The notes under the pieces are model-generated. The model was given only the letters and a program-made list of their open reading frames with translations. It was not told where the DNA came from and searched no databases. 64,000 nt of DNA from Acidimicrobiia bacterium (lineage in GTDB: Bacteria; Actinomycetota; Acidimicrobiia; IMCC26256; JAENVU01): positions 3,687 through 67,686 of the forward strand of contig DASXYP010000065.1 in assembly GCA_036502405.1 (NCBI GenBank), read 5' to 3'. The position numbers were made by a program, and so were the translations under genes. Positions 19,291-30,400 of this stretch are shown in pieces (the stretch's first letter is position 1; each line of letters begins with the position of its first letter).

Positions 19291-19701
19291 TCAGCCGGAC
19301 GACATGTCGACCGCTCTGACCCGCGTCGGTCGGATCGTGACGACGACCCGGCCCTCCCCGGGTCCGTCATGCTGACGCAGGTCGGTGTCGTACTTCCGAC
19401 CGACCCGGTCCGCGAAGGCGTAGTCGGTGTCCGGCTCGAGCACGGCGTCACCGCGGAGCTCGAGGTAGCGGTACGGGTTCCCGAGATCGAGGATGAGGAG
19501 GTCGACCACCGGGTCGGCCTCGAGGTTCTTGGTCTTCTGGCGGGTCGAGTTGAGCGACACGCGTACCGTGCCGTCGTCCTCGGCCAGGAACCAGACCTCG
19601 GAGAGCTGCGGGCGACCGTCTTCGCCGACGGTGGCGAAGGTCGCGAACTGCTCGTCCAGGAGGTCCCGGTGCGTGGCGGGGATGTCGGAGATCGTGGCCA
19701 T
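19291..19701 (-). CDS. PPOX class F420-dependent oxidoreductase
   Basis: ATVGEDGRPQLSEVWF, RQKTKNL..DP, NPYRYLELRG. Confidence 0.9.
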   Translation of the reverse strand: MATISDIPATHRDLLDEQFATFATVGEDGRPQLSEVWFLAEDDGTVRVSLNSTRQKTKNLEADPVVDLLILDLGNPYRYLELRGDAVLEPDTDYAFADRVGRKYDTDLRQHDGPGEGRVVVTIRPTRVRAVDMSSG

Positions 19702-19734
19702 GCGGTGCGCATACCCGGGCACCGCATGGCCGAA

Positions 19735-20706
19735 TCACGAGACCCGACGCGGCGCCAGCTCTTCGTGGAGCACCGACTGCTCCGCCGCGCGCAGGCGCGC
19801 CGGGATGCTCAGCGGGCGGCGCGAACCGGTGTCGAACGCGAGGTTGACGATCTCGAACGTGGTCAGGAGGTCGCCCCCATCGACCTCATACACCCATTGG
19901 ATCCGGTACGACGTCTTGTCGGCCAGGCCGATGACGGCGCTGAAGCTCTGGACCCGGTCGCCCGCACGCGGCAGGCGCCGGATCGCGATCCTCGTCTCCA
20001 TCGACGCCCAGCCCATGCGCTCGCCCGCCGGACCCTCGTAGAGCATCTCCGGGTTCCCGCGGTGCACCGGCTCACCGGCCCACGTCAGCATCGGCGCGTT
20101 GGACCGCAGGTAGGTCCCGCTCGCGTCGCACTCCTCCGGGGTCACGGCCCGCACCTGGCGCATGGCGAGGTCGAGCTCGCGCACGCGCTCCAGGCTCGGT
20201 GCGCTCGCGACCGGGTCCGCCTCGAGCGAGATGCTGCGCGTCGCACCGTGCTCGGGGATCGCGACGACCATCGCACGGGCCCGCGTCGTGATGTCGTCGG
20301 ACAGGGGACTTCGGTCTCCGTTGGCCTCCTCGGCGACGACGCGATGGACGAACGTAGCGGCGAGCGTCCCCGTCTCCTCGTTCGCGAGCTCGTGGTAGAG
20401 GCGGAGCTGGTCGACGCCGACGTCGACGACGCCGCTGCGGACGACGAGGCGCGCACCGAGCAGCTGCTCGCGGTGATGGCGGGTGTAGAAGTCGACCGGC
20501 ACGAACCGCCGCGGGTCGTCCGTCGCGATCGCGGCCAGCAGTGACCGGCTCCCGGCCTGAGCGTTCACGCCGTAGAACCGGACGTTCATGTGCCCGAGGT
20601 GGTCGATCTGGTCGTCGGTGACGACGCTGTGATGAGTGGTCGTGAGGTCGGTCGTCGTGGCGTCGGTGATCGGGCGATCCTGTCGGAGCCCGATCGGAGG
20701 CGGCAA
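19735..20706 (-). CDS. Double hotdog-fold thioesterase family protein
   Basis: QIDHLGHMNVRFY and a second degenerate repeat VTPEECDASG; start uncertain. Confidence 0.8.
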   Translation of the reverse strand: MPPPIGLRQDRPITDATTTDLTTTHHSVVTDDQIDHLGHMNVRFYGVNAQAGSRSLLAAIATDDPRRFVPVDFYTRHHREQLLGARLVVRSGVVDVGVDQLRLYHELANEETGTLAATFVHRVVAEEANGDRSPLSDDITTRARAMVVAIPEHGATRSISLEADPVASAPSLERVRELDLAMRQVRAVTPEECDASGTYLRSNAPMLTWAGEPVHRGNPEMLYEGPAGERMGWASMETRIAIRRLPRAGDRVQSFSAVIGLADKTSYRIQWVYEVDGGDLLTTFEIVNLAFDTGSRRPLSIPARLRAAEQSVLHEELAPRRVS

Positions 20707-20770
20707 CTCGACGCCGGCCGTTCGTGCGAGCGACCTCGACTCGCAGCGCGGGGGAGGGCAGACTCCGACG

Positions 20771-21238
20771 ATGACGAAGCTGCAGCAGTCGGGGTCGATC
20801 GTGATCGCCCGGTCGCCCGAGGATCTCTACGACATGGTGGCCGACGTGACCCGCATCGGGGAGTTCAGCCCCGTGTGCCGGGAGTGCTGGTGGGAGGGCG
20901 ACGCCGACGGGCCGGCGGTCGGCGCGTGGTTCATCGGGCACAACGTGACCGCCGATCGGGATTGGAAGACGCGCTCCGAGGTCGTCGTCGCCGAACGGGG
21001 CCGCGAGTTCGCGTTCCTTCTGGGCGGCGCGTACGCACGGTGGGGCTACACGTTCGCGCCGGTGGGCGGCGGCACCGAGGTGACCGAGTCCTGGGAGTTC
21101 CTCCCCGAAGGCCGGACCTTCTTCGAAGCGCGGTTCGGCGACGAGGCCGAGGCGACGATCGCCGACCGCTCCGAGTCGGCGCGCACCGGCATCGCCGCGA
21201 CGCTGGCTGCGATCAAGCGCACCGCGGAAGCCGGCTGA
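20771..21238 (+). CDS. SRPBCC family protein
   Basis: IARSPEDLYDMVADVTRIGEFSP, WGYTF..GGTEVTESW. Confidence 0.9.
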   Translation: MTKLQQSGSIVIARSPEDLYDMVADVTRIGEFSPVCRECWWEGDADGPAVGAWFIGHNVTADRDWKTRSEVVVAERGREFAFLLGGAYARWGYTFAPVGGGTEVTESWEFLPEGRTFFEARFGDEAEATIADRSESARTGIAATLAAIKRTAEAG

Positions 21239-21252
21239 GCCGCGCCCTCCGG

Positions 21253-21432
21253 ATGAGCGGGGTGCGCGTCGCGCGCGGCACCGATCGCGCCGCGACGGTC
21301 GCCGTGCTGACGGAAGCCTTCTCGCCGGCCGAGGGATCGAGCGAGTGGGCGGACCGTGCGGACCTCCCGGCCGGATGGTGCCTGCGTCGGGACCCCCCCG
21401 GCTCAGGCGCGGGCGGCGGCCGCGCGGCCTGA
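21253..21432 (+). pseudogene. Internally deleted GNAT acetyltransferase remnant
   Basis: N-terminus VRVARGTDRAATVAVLTEAF and C-terminus DLPAGWCLRRDP resemble the two ends of puromycin-acetyltransferase-like GNATs; only 59 aa. Confidence 0.4.
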
Positions 21433-21497
21433 ACGGAGCGAATCGTTCGACCGGACACCTCCCGACTGCTTGCGCGCGGGCGTGTCGGTCTCGGCCT

Positions 21498-22079
21498 CTA
21501 TGCGTCCGCCTTGCTCTTGCCTTTCGCCTTCTGCGCCTGCTTCCACTTGCGGACCTCGGCGAAGGCCTCGCGCGAGTCGATGTCGGCGACCGAGCGGGGC
21601 GAGGCATCGCCGAAGGGTGACGCGAGCTCCTCCCAGCCGGCCGGGGCCCGCCCGAACCGCTTGCCGAGGATGGCGAGGAAGATCTTGGCCTTCTCGGCGC
21701 CGTAGCCCGGCAACGCCTTGAGCCGTTCGAGCAGGACCTCGGGGTCGCGCACGCCCGTCCAGATCCGCGCCGGATCACCGCCGTAGGTGTCGACGACCAC
21801 CAGGCAGAGCGCGTGGGTCCGCTTCGCCATGGACCCGGGATAGCGGTGCAGCGCGGGCTTCTGCCGGAACACCTCGACGAGCTCGTCGGGTGACATCGCG
21901 GCGATCCGCGCCGCGTCGAGGCCACCGAGGCGCGCCGAAAGCGACGCGGGGCCGCGAAACGCCCACTCCATCGGGACCTGCTGGTCGAGCAGCATGCCGA
22001 TGAGCAGCGCGAGGGGGTCGTCGACGAGGAGCTGGTCGGCTTCGGCGTCGCCGGTGATGGGAAAGGTCACACGGGCCAT
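21498..22079 (-). CDS. HhH-GPD-type base excision repair protein (actinobacterial family)
   Basis: DPLALLIGMLLDQQVPME, PALHRYPGSMA, LPGYGAEKAKIFLA, RSVADI. Confidence 0.9.
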   Translation of the reverse strand: MARVTFPITGDAEADQLLVDDPLALLIGMLLDQQVPMEWAFRGPASLSARLGGLDAARIAAMSPDELVEVFRQKPALHRYPGSMAKRTHALCLVVVDTYGGDPARIWTGVRDPEVLLERLKALPGYGAEKAKIFLAILGKRFGRAPAGWEELASPFGDASPRSVADIDSREAFAEVRKWKQAQKAKGKSKADA

Positions 22080-22171
22080 CGCCGTAGCGTACCGACGCCC
22101 CGTCATGGCCGGGTCCGCCCCGGCCGCGAGTGGTTGACTGGACGGACGGCCGGAGAGCACTGGAGGTCGAG

Positions 22172-23449
22172 ATGGGCGTCGCCGAATTCTTCCTCGGGCT
22201 GGTGGGAGCCGATGCGCCGGTGGAGTTCCGCGCGTACGACGGCACCCGCGCCGGGCCCGAGGGTGCGCCCGCGGTCGTCGTGATCCGCTCGCCCCAGGCG
22301 CTGCGCCGGCTCGTCACCGCCCCCAACGAGCTCGGCCTCGGTCGCGCCTACGTGAGCGGTGAGCTCGACCTCGACGGCGACATCTTCGCGGTGCTCGCAC
22401 TGCAGGATCGGCTGCTCGACCTCCGGGTCAGCCCGGCGCAGGTGCTGGAGGCACTGCGGATCTTGGGGTTGCGTTCGTTGAAGCCGCTTGCGCCACCTCC
22501 GGAGGAGGCGCGGCTTCACGGCGTGCGTCACTCGAAGGAGCGTGACGCGGCGGCCATCGCGCACCACTACGACGTGTCGAACGATTTCTACCGCACCGTG
22601 CTCGGCCCATCGATGACGTACTCGTGCGCGGTCTGGACGGACACGACCACGTCGCTCGAGGAGGCGCAGGCCAACAAGTACGAGCTGGTCGCCACGAAGC
22701 TCGGGCTCGAGCCGGGCATGCGGTTGCTCGACATCGGCTGCGGCTGGGGCGGGATGATCATGCACGCGGCCGAGCACCACGGCGTCAACGCGGTCGGGGT
22801 GACGCTGTCCCGCCGCCAGGCCGAGTACGCGGCCAAACGGGTCGCGGACGCCGGGCTCACGGGGAGGGTCGAGGTGCGGTGTGTCGACTACCGCGACGTC
22901 GACGACGGTCCGTACGACGCGATCAGCTCGATCGGCATGTTCGAGCACGTCGGGTGGACGCAGCTGGGTCAGTACTTCGACCGGTGCGCGGCGCTGCTCG
23001 CCCCGGGTGGACGGTTCCTGAACCATGGGATCAGCGAGCCGCCGTACGTGTTCTCGAACCCGGCGGCGCGGGCGGTGTCGGAGCTGCGGGCGCGCTTCGG
23101 GCGGGGGCTCGGTCACGACTTCTTCAACCGGTACGTGTTCCCGGACGGCGAGCTGCACGAGGTCGGGCTCGTGGTCTCCGCGATCCAGCGCGCGGGGCTC
23201 GAGGCCCGTCACGTCGAGAGCCTCCGCGAGCACTACGCGCTGACCCTGCGGCAGTGGGTGCAGAACCTCGAGCACAACTGGGACCAGGCGGTGCGTGAGG
23301 CCGGCGAGGCCCGGGCGCGCGTCTGGCGGCTCTACATCGCGGCGTCGGCGATCGGCTTCGAGGCGAACCAGATCGAGATCCACCAGGTGCTCGCGACGAA
23401 GTCGACTGACGGGCGCAGCGGCATGCCGTTGCGCCCCCGCTTCACCTGA
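22172..23449 (+). CDS. cfa: Cyclopropane-fatty-acyl-phospholipid synthase family methyltransferase
   Basis: HHYDVSNDFY, MTYSCA, LDIGCGWG, SIGMFEHVG, YVFPDG. Confidence 0.92.
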   Translation: MGVAEFFLGLVGADAPVEFRAYDGTRAGPEGAPAVVVIRSPQALRRLVTAPNELGLGRAYVSGELDLDGDIFAVLALQDRLLDLRVSPAQVLEALRILGLRSLKPLAPPPEEARLHGVRHSKERDAAAIAHHYDVSNDFYRTVLGPSMTYSCAVWTDTTTSLEEAQANKYELVATKLGLEPGMRLLDIGCGWGGMIMHAAEHHGVNAVGVTLSRRQAEYAAKRVADAGLTGRVEVRCVDYRDVDDGPYDAISSIGMFEHVGWTQLGQYFDRCAALLAPGGRFLNHGISEPPYVFSNPAARAVSELRARFGRGLGHDFFNRYVFPDGELHEVGLVVSAIQRAGLEARHVESLREHYALTLRQWVQNLEHNWDQAVREAGEARARVWRLYIAASAIGFEANQIEIHQVLATKSTDGRSGMPLRPRFT

Positions 23450-23458
23450 GGCCTGCGC

Positions 23459-23950
23459 TCACCGGTCGCGGTGGGGGACGAACGCGTCGAACGCGGTCTC
23501 GATCGTCGCCTCCGCGGCGACGCGGTCCTCCCAGTGGCCGGGCTCGGTGAGCTTGCCGGGCTCGAGCTGCTTGTAGACCTGGAAGAAGTGCAAGATCTCG
23601 TCGAGCAGGAAGCTCGCGATGTCGGTGATGTCGAGCAGGTGCGACCAGCGCGGGTCGGTCGCCGGCACCGAGAGGATCTTGTCGTCGCCGCCCGCCTCGT
23701 CGCGCATGCGCAGGACCGCCACCGGCCGGGCGAGCACGTGACAGCCGGGAAACGTCGGCTCGTCGAGCAGCACCATGATGTCGAGCGGGTCACCGTCGTC
23801 CGCGAGCGTGGCCGGGATGAACCCGTAGTCCGTCGGGTACTGCGTCGCGGTGAAGAGCATCCGGTCGAGCCAGATGCGCCCGGTGTCGTGATCCGCCTCG
23901 TACTTGTTGCGCGAACCCCGGGGGACCTCGATGATCGCCTCGACTTCCAC
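23459..23950 (-). CDS. ppa: Inorganic pyrophosphatase
   Basis: RNKYE, YPTDYGF, DDGDPLD, DEAGGDDK. Confidence 0.95.
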   Translation of the reverse strand: MEVEAIIEVPRGSRNKYEADHDTGRIWLDRMLFTATQYPTDYGFIPATLADDGDPLDIMVLLDEPTFPGCHVLARPVAVLRMRDEAGGDDKILSVPATDPRWSHLLDITDIASFLLDEILHFFQVYKQLEPGKLTEPGHWEDRVAAEATIETAFDAFVPHRDR

Positions 23951-23974
23951 GGCCCGAGGCTACCGGCGGGCCCG

Positions 23975-26900
23975 TCAGTCCGGTGTCGGAGGCTCGTCCC
24001 GCAGCGGCACGGACCCGAGCCGAACCCGGACGTCCTCGACCGCGGCGCGCAGGTCGTGGACCTCGCGCTCGATCGCCGGCCCGGATGTCCGGGCGAACAC
24101 GAAGACGCACCGGGAGACCGGTCGGTCGAGCAGGTGCTCGAGCGCGAGCGCGTACGCGGCGCCCTGCGGCCGGTAGCGGTCGACTGCGGCATCGATCTCC
24201 GCGTCGGAGCGGGCGGCGTCGGTCTTGTAGTCGACGACGGTGAGCTCGCCGGCCTGGTCGACCAGGAGGTCGACGAACCCCTCGACGGTGATGCCGTCGA
24301 CGACCGCGGCGACGGGGACCTCCCGCCAGGACGACGCGGTCGCCGCGGCGCGGATCGTAGGGGCCTGGAGGACGCTGCGGGCGAGAGCCCCGATCGTCTC
24401 CTCCCGGTCCGGGATGCCCTCGGCGAGCGCCTGCGCGCGGGCCGCACCTTCGATCCCGTCGCCGGTCGCCAGGTCCGCGGTCTGGAGCACCGCGTGGACC
24501 GCGCGTCCGAGTGCGGTGGCGCCGCGCCCGCGCCGCCAGGCCGGGCGGTCGTCCTCGGGCTCCGCCTCCCGGGCCAGGTCCAGCGCCGGGTTCGCCGGGT
24601 CGGCCCGGGGCGCGAGGGCACGTGCGATGCTCGTCGCCGCGACCACGGGTCGGGCATCGGTGCGCGCGATCGCGGCCTGCCGCTCGCGCCACCAGTCGTC
24701 GCGCTCCGCGCCGGTCATCGCCGCAGTCTCGGGCTCGTCGTCCCAGCGGAGCTGGACCGCAACCGGCGGGGCGGCCACCGGCGCGTCGCCCGCCTCGGCC
24801 TCGATCCGCCACGGCAGCGGCTGTTCGGCGTCGACCCGCTCGATCTCGGCCGCGTGGCAGCTCGTGCCCTCGTGGTGGTGGAGGCTGACGACGAGATGGT
24901 CGCGCGCGCGAGTCGTCGCGACGTAGAGGAGCCGCATGCCCTCGTACCGGTCGGCGAGGTCCTCGCGCCCGGCCCGCTCGTCGTAGCCGATCGTGCAGTA
25001 GGGGCCACCGAACGACGCGGTGAGGCGCAGCTCGGGCTCGGGGTCGCCGTGGTACAGCGCAGCCGGGTTGGCCCGGTACCCCACGCCCAGCCCGGCCAGC
25101 AGCACGACCGGGAACTCGAGGCCCTTGCTGCCGTGCACGGTCAGGACCCGCACCGCGTCGTCGTCGGGCTCGGGGACCACGGACTCGTTGACCCGCGCGC
25201 CCTCCTCGCGCTGCTCCTCGAGCCAGCGCACGAACCCGCGGAGGCTGGCGCCGCCGGCGTCCGTGAACGCGTGCGCGGCGTCGGTGAGGAAGCGGAGTCG
25301 GCGCCAGTGGTCGCGCGGCCGGCGGTTGGCCAGCGCGAGGGTGAACAGCCCGCGCTCGCGCATCACGCGCTCGACGGTGTCGGCCGGGCTCTCCCAGCGG
25401 TGCTCGTCGTGCAGCCGGCGGAGGTCCGCGAGCGCGACCAGGACCGGGTGGTCCGGGGCGAGGAGCTCGGGCGCCGATCCGAAGATCGACCAACGGCCGC
25501 CCGCCTCGCGGTGCTCGAGCAGGTCGGCGTCGGAGCACCCGAACGCCGGTGTGCGCAGCGCGCCGACCAGCCGGACCTCGTCGGCAGGGTCGTCGATGGC
25601 ACCCAGGATCGCGACGAGGTCACTGCACTCGGTGGTGGCGAACAGCAGCGACTGGCTCTCGATCCGCAGCGGGACGCCCGCGGCCTCGAACGCGGCCTCG
25701 AGCTCGGGCAGCAGCGTCCGGGTCGGGACGAGCACCGCGACGTCGGCGTACCGGGCCGGGCGGACCCACTCGTCGGTGGCCGGGTCGAGCGGCGTCGCGC
25801 CCGGCTCCTCGGACTCGGCACGCACGCGCCAACCCTCCGACCGCACCCGCAGCGCGAGCGCGGCGAGGTCGGCGGCTTCGCGCCGGCGCAGCTCGACCAG
25901 CGGGATCGCCTTCTTGGGCACCGGTCCTCCGAGCCGGGCCACCGGGACGGGGACGTCCGGGTCGGCCGGCCGGAACGCGTGGAGGGGTGAGTAGGCGACC
26001 TGGAGGCCGTCGTGCTCGTCATCGCGGATCAGCGCGCCGAGCGCGGCGTTGACCCACTCGATGATCCCCGGACGTGAGCGGAAGCTCTCGGTGAGCTCGA
26101 GCACGTCCTCGGTCAGGGCCTCGACCACCTGCCCGTAGAGCTCGATGTCGGCCCGGCGGAAGCGGTAGATCGACTGCTTCGGGTCGCCGACGACGAAGAG
26201 CGCGCCCGGCCGGGCCGGGATGTCGGCCCAGCTGACCGCGACGTCGGCCTCCTCGGCACGCCCGCCGATGCGCATCGCGAGGTCGATCTGGAGGGGGTCG
26301 GTGTCCTGGAACTCGTCGAGGAGCAGCACGCGGAACCGGCGCGCCAGCGCGTCCCGCACGCGCCGGTTGTCCCGCAGCAGATCGCGGGCGATGACCAGCA
26401 GGTCGTGGAAGGTGACCCGGCCTTCGTGGCGGCGGGTGACGGTGGCGCGCGCGACCTCGCGGACGAGCGCCGAGAGGACGTTCGAGATCGCGGGCTGGAC
26501 GACCGCGGCGAGTGCGGCCGACCGCGCCCGATCGACGACCGCGCACGCGTCCACGGCGCGGTCCTTGCCGTCGTCGCGCCAGCTGCCCCGCTTGCCGTTC
26601 TTGCACGTCAGCTTGCTCCGCTCCCCGAGCAGTGTGAGCGCCTCGAGCTCGTCGTGGGCCAGCGTGCGCAGCCGGTCGGCGAGCTCGGCGAGCTCGTCGA
26701 GGTGCTTGCGCATCAGGTCGTCGTCGTCGATGCAGCAGTCCCGGAGCGCCGTGGCCGCGTCGAGCGCGTCGAGCAGCGGAGCGAGGTCCACGCGGGGCAC
26801 GACCGCCGGCGCGATCCCGTACCCGGCGGTGCGGTCGTGGTGCTCGGTGAGGATCCGGGCGAGCTGGCGGTAGCGGTTCGGGCGGATGCCCAGCGCTCCG

Positions 26901-27400
26901 AGGACCAGGAGGGACTCGCTCAGGGACTCGTCGGCGAAGAGGAGGTCGAGGGTGCGCTGCCACCAGTCCTCGAACGCGACCGACTCCTGGATCGCGTCGA
27001 GCACCTCGAACCCCGGGGGCAGCGCCGCCTCGAGCGGGTGCTCGGCGAGGATCCGCTGCGCGAACGCGTGCAGCGTGGAGATCGCGGCGTCGTCGAGCGC
27101 CTGCAGCGCACGGGTGTAAGGGCCGTCGCCCGGCTCCGGTGCCGCGAGCTCCTCGACCCGGGCGCGGATGCGCTCCTGGAGCTCGCTCGCGGCCGCGGTC
27201 GTGAAGGTGATGACCGCGATCTCGCCCATCGGGACGTCCTGCAGGAGGCCGACCACCCGCTCCACCAGCTCGTGGGTCTTGCCGGTACCGGCCCCGGCCA
27301 CGACGTTGAGCGTCAGGTCGCGGTCGTCCCGGATCCGGTCGCGCGCGGGCTGGTCGGTGGGGACGGGCGCGTCGATGCGCAGCGGGGTGTCGGTGGTCAT
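23975..27400 (-). CDS. UvrD-type helicase with C-terminal PD-(D/E)XK nuclease (AddA-like)
   Basis: AGAGTGKT, TFTTAAA, DEFQDTD, VGDPKQSIYRFR, TVHGSKGLEF, YVATTRA, VDYKT. Confidence 0.93.
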   Translation of the reverse strand: MTTDTPLRIDAPVPTDQPARDRIRDDRDLTLNVVAGAGTGKTHELVERVVGLLQDVPMGEIAVITFTTAAASELQERIRARVEELAAPEPGDGPYTRALQALDDAAISTLHAFAQRILAEHPLEAALPPGFEVLDAIQESVAFEDWWQRTLDLLFADESLSESLLVLGALGIRPNRYRQLARILTEHHDRTAGYGIAPAVVPRVDLAPLLDALDAATALRDCCIDDDDLMRKHLDELAELADRLRTLAHDELEALTLLGERSKLTCKNGKRGSWRDDGKDRAVDACAVVDRARSAALAAVVQPAISNVLSALVREVARATVTRRHEGRVTFHDLLVIARDLLRDNRRVRDALARRFRVLLLDEFQDTDPLQIDLAMRIGGRAEEADVAVSWADIPARPGALFVVGDPKQSIYRFRRADIELYGQVVEALTEDVLELTESFRSRPGIIEWVNAALGALIRDDEHDGLQVAYSPLHAFRPADPDVPVPVARLGGPVPKKAIPLVELRRREAADLAALALRVRSEGWRVRAESEEPGATPLDPATDEWVRPARYADVAVLVPTRTLLPELEAAFEAAGVPLRIESQSLLFATTECSDLVAILGAIDDPADEVRLVGALRTPAFGCSDADLLEHREAGGRWSIFGSAPELLAPDHPVLVALADLRRLHDEHRWESPADTVERVMRERGLFTLALANRRPRDHWRRLRFLTDAAHAFTDAGGASLRGFVRWLEEQREEGARVNESVVPEPDDDAVRVLTVHGSKGLEFPVVLLAGLGVGYRANPAALYHGDPEPELRLTASFGGPYCTIGYDERAGREDLADRYEGMRLLYVATTRARDHLVVSLHHHEGTSCHAAEIERVDAEQPLPWRIEAEAGDAPVAAPPVAVQLRWDDEPETAAMTGAERDDWWRERQAAIARTDARPVVAATSIARALAPRADPANPALDLAREAEPEDDRPAWRRGRGATALGRAVHAVLQTADLATGDGIEGAARAQALAEGIPDREETIGALARSVLQAPTIRAAATASSWREVPVAAVVDGITVEGFVDLLVDQAGELTVVDYKTDAARSDAEIDAAVDRYRPQGAAYALALEHLLDRPVSRCVFVFARTSGPAIEREVHDLRAAVEDVRVRLGSVPLRDEPPTPD

Positions 27401-30400
27401 GTCTCGTCCCGCAGGCCGCGCAGCTCGACGAATTGGGCCACGGTGGGGTCCTCGGACTTCGCGACGAAGGCGCGCTCACGGTCGGGCGAGCACAGGTGGT
27501 CGAAGTCGCAGTACCGGCATTCGTCGAACGAGTTGAAGAACGGGTTCTCCTTGCCGGGGTACGCGGGGAAGGTTCCCGCGGCGACGCCCCCGGCGACGGT
27601 CTCGAGCACCTCCAGCGCGCGCGGCCCGGCGTCCTCGGCTGCGAAGCCGCGCAGCTCCTTGCCCGCGGGCTGGGCCGTGTGCCAGTAGTCGGCGCGCACG
27701 GCGCGGCCGGGGTACGCGCGCTCGACCGCGAGCGCGTAGATCGCGAGCTGGATCTTGGTGCCCTTGAGCACCGGGTCGTCCTCCAGTCCCTTGAACCCGT
27801 TCGCGCTCCCGGTCTTGTAGTCGTAGACGACCAGCTCGCCGTCGGGCGCGGGGGAGGTGTCGATCCGGTCGATCTGGCCGCGGAACGTGACCTGCGCCCC
27901 GTCGAGGTCGATGGTGAGCGCGGGCATCGCGTCGTCGGCCCCGCGCCCGAAGTTGACCTCGGTCTCGAGTGGGATCAGGCCGCGCTCGCTGCGGATCCGC
28001 TCGTCGGCGTCGAGCGTGCGCGACACCTCGCGCAGGATGCGCGCCCGCTCCAGCTTCCAGAGGAGCGGCCGGCCGGTGAGGCCCTTCGCGACGGCATCGT
28101 CGCAGGCGGCCGCGGTCATGGCCCGGGCCTGGTCGCGCTCCTCGGTCGACCAGGGCTGGTCCGGGGAGGATCGGGGTGGCATCTCGCGGATGAAGTCCTC
28201 CAGGACCTTGTGCACGAGCGACCCGCGCACGCGAGGGTCGATCGTGTCGATCGCCTCCGGCGCGTCCCGCTGGCGGAGCTGGAGGACGTTGGCCAGGAAG
28301 TAGCGGAACGGGCACTGCGCCCACGACTCGATGCGCGAGGGGGACAGCGGACGCTCCGGGTTCGGCAGCAGTCCGGCCCGGGGGCCGATCACCCCGTCGA
28401 ACTCGGTGAAGCGCGGCTCGGCGCGCGCAGCAAGGGTGTGGAAGCCGCGCTGCAGGCGCGGGTTGGCCTCGGCGAGCGGGTGCGCGGCCGGGCCCGTGCC
28501 GGGAGCGTCCCGGTCGGCCGCGTCGAGGAGCCGCAGCTCCAGGTCCGCGACGGAGATCGCCGCGCCGGGGCGGCGCACCGCGGCCGCGAACGACTCGAGC
28601 ACGAGGAGGTCGGCGAACGCGCCAGGACGGGCGTCCGCGAGCTGGCGCGCCGTCACCTTGGACTCGGGACGGCGCGCCCGCATCGTCTCGACGACCCAGC
28701 GCGCGGGCAGCAGCTCGCGTTGGCCGACGGGATCGGCGCGCGACCAGCTGAGCACCACGTCGCCGCGCGCACCCGCGAGGGCCGAGAGGTAGTCGCGGCG
28801 CTCCCGCGCCGCAGCGAGGGACCGGTCGGGGACCTGGCCGCCCGTGACGGCGCGCTCCCGGTCGGGGAGCAGCGGGTCCTCGCGCGGCGGGGGTGGCATG
28901 CGACCTTCGGCCGCGCCGACCAGGTGCACCGTCTCGAAGTCCGTGCCGCGGAGCGACGCCAGCGGGCACAGCAGGACGCCGGTGCCGAAGTGCCCGACGT
29001 GGTCGAGCGACCGGTCGAGCTGCTCGCCGAGCGCGACCCGGAACGTCGAGCGGTCGACCGCGCTCGTATCCGGCAGTGCCCCGAGCGCGGCGAGCCCGTC
29101 CAGCACGCGGTGGTGGGCGTCGATCTCGGCCGCCGGCCAGGTCGACGGGGGATCCCCGACGTAGCGGCCCACCAGCTCGATGGCCCACGTGCTCCACCCG
29201 GCCCAGGTGACGGGATGCTCGGTGCTGCGCTCGACCAGCTCCTCGACGAAGCGCCGGCACCGTTCGATGCGCTCGACCCGGGTCGCGACCGCTTCCGGGT
29301 CCCGCCCGCGCTCGTTCGCCTCGGCGTCGTCGCGCAGCCGGGTCAGCCGGACGGTCCAGTCGTCGTCGCCGACGACGCCGGCGTCCCGCGAGATCCGGTC
29401 CCACCGGTCGACCGGGACCCGCGGGCCGCCCGGGGTCTCGCGGACCTCCGTCCCGGCGAGGAACGCCATGACGTCGTCGCGGCGGAAGCCGCGGTCGGGC
29501 AGCTCGAGCAGGGCGACGAGCGCACGGCCGGCGACGGTGTCGGCGAGCCGGCGGACCGACGGCCCGTAGGTCGGGATGCCGGCCTCGGCGAGGCGCTCGT
29601 GCAGCAGGCGCGCGTGGGGCTCCGCGACCCGCCAGGCCACCGCGACGTCGTGGAGGCTCCGGCCCGCGTCGGCGCGCTCGACGAGCGCGCGCACGACCTC
29701 GCGGACCTCGCTGTCCGGGTCCGGAGCCGAGATCACCCGGTCGGCCAGGCGCGGCGCCGACGGGCCGGTGTCCTCGGCCGGGCCGAGCAGGGGGGTGAGC
29801 GTCGTCGCCAGCGCCCGGGTGTCGGCGTCCGCGTCGGGGTCGCCGGTGAGGCCGAGCACCGCGGCGGTGAACGTCTGCGAGGCGAATCCGGCGACGAGGT
29901 CGAGCGCGCCGGGGCTCAGCCGGTCCGGCAGGTGGAGGATCAGCGCGCCGAGGTCGGCGGGGACCCCGTGCGCGGCGACGAGGTCGGCCGCCACCGACAG
30001 CTGGTCCTCGTCGTCGTAGGTGCCGGCGGTCAGCGCGCGGAAGCGCTCGTAGGCCCGCACGACCGAGGCGGCCCGCGGGCTCTCCTGCGCGAGCCGGGCG
30101 AGCGCGGCATCGTCGGCGCGGCGCAGATCCGCGAATGCGCCGACGAGCGCCCGGACCGTCGACGGGTGCCCGGCGACCGGCGCGAAGTCGCCCGGCTCCT
30201 CGGCCAGCGCGACGCGGGCTGCCTCGAGCCGTGCCTCCGCGGTCAACGGGACGCGGTCGGGCTCGGCGAGGAACGGCGCGCCGAGCAGCTCGGCCACCCG
30301 GTTCAGCGCGAGGAACCGGACGTTCACGAGACCGGGAGCGCGGTTGCGGGCGAAGCGCGCGTCGTGGCGGCGCAGCGACAGGCCCGCGTAGCTCGACGGC

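Noticed and set aside
19184-21500. Possible island integrated at tRNA-Val
   Set aside because: No integrase and no duplicated tRNA 3' end noticed
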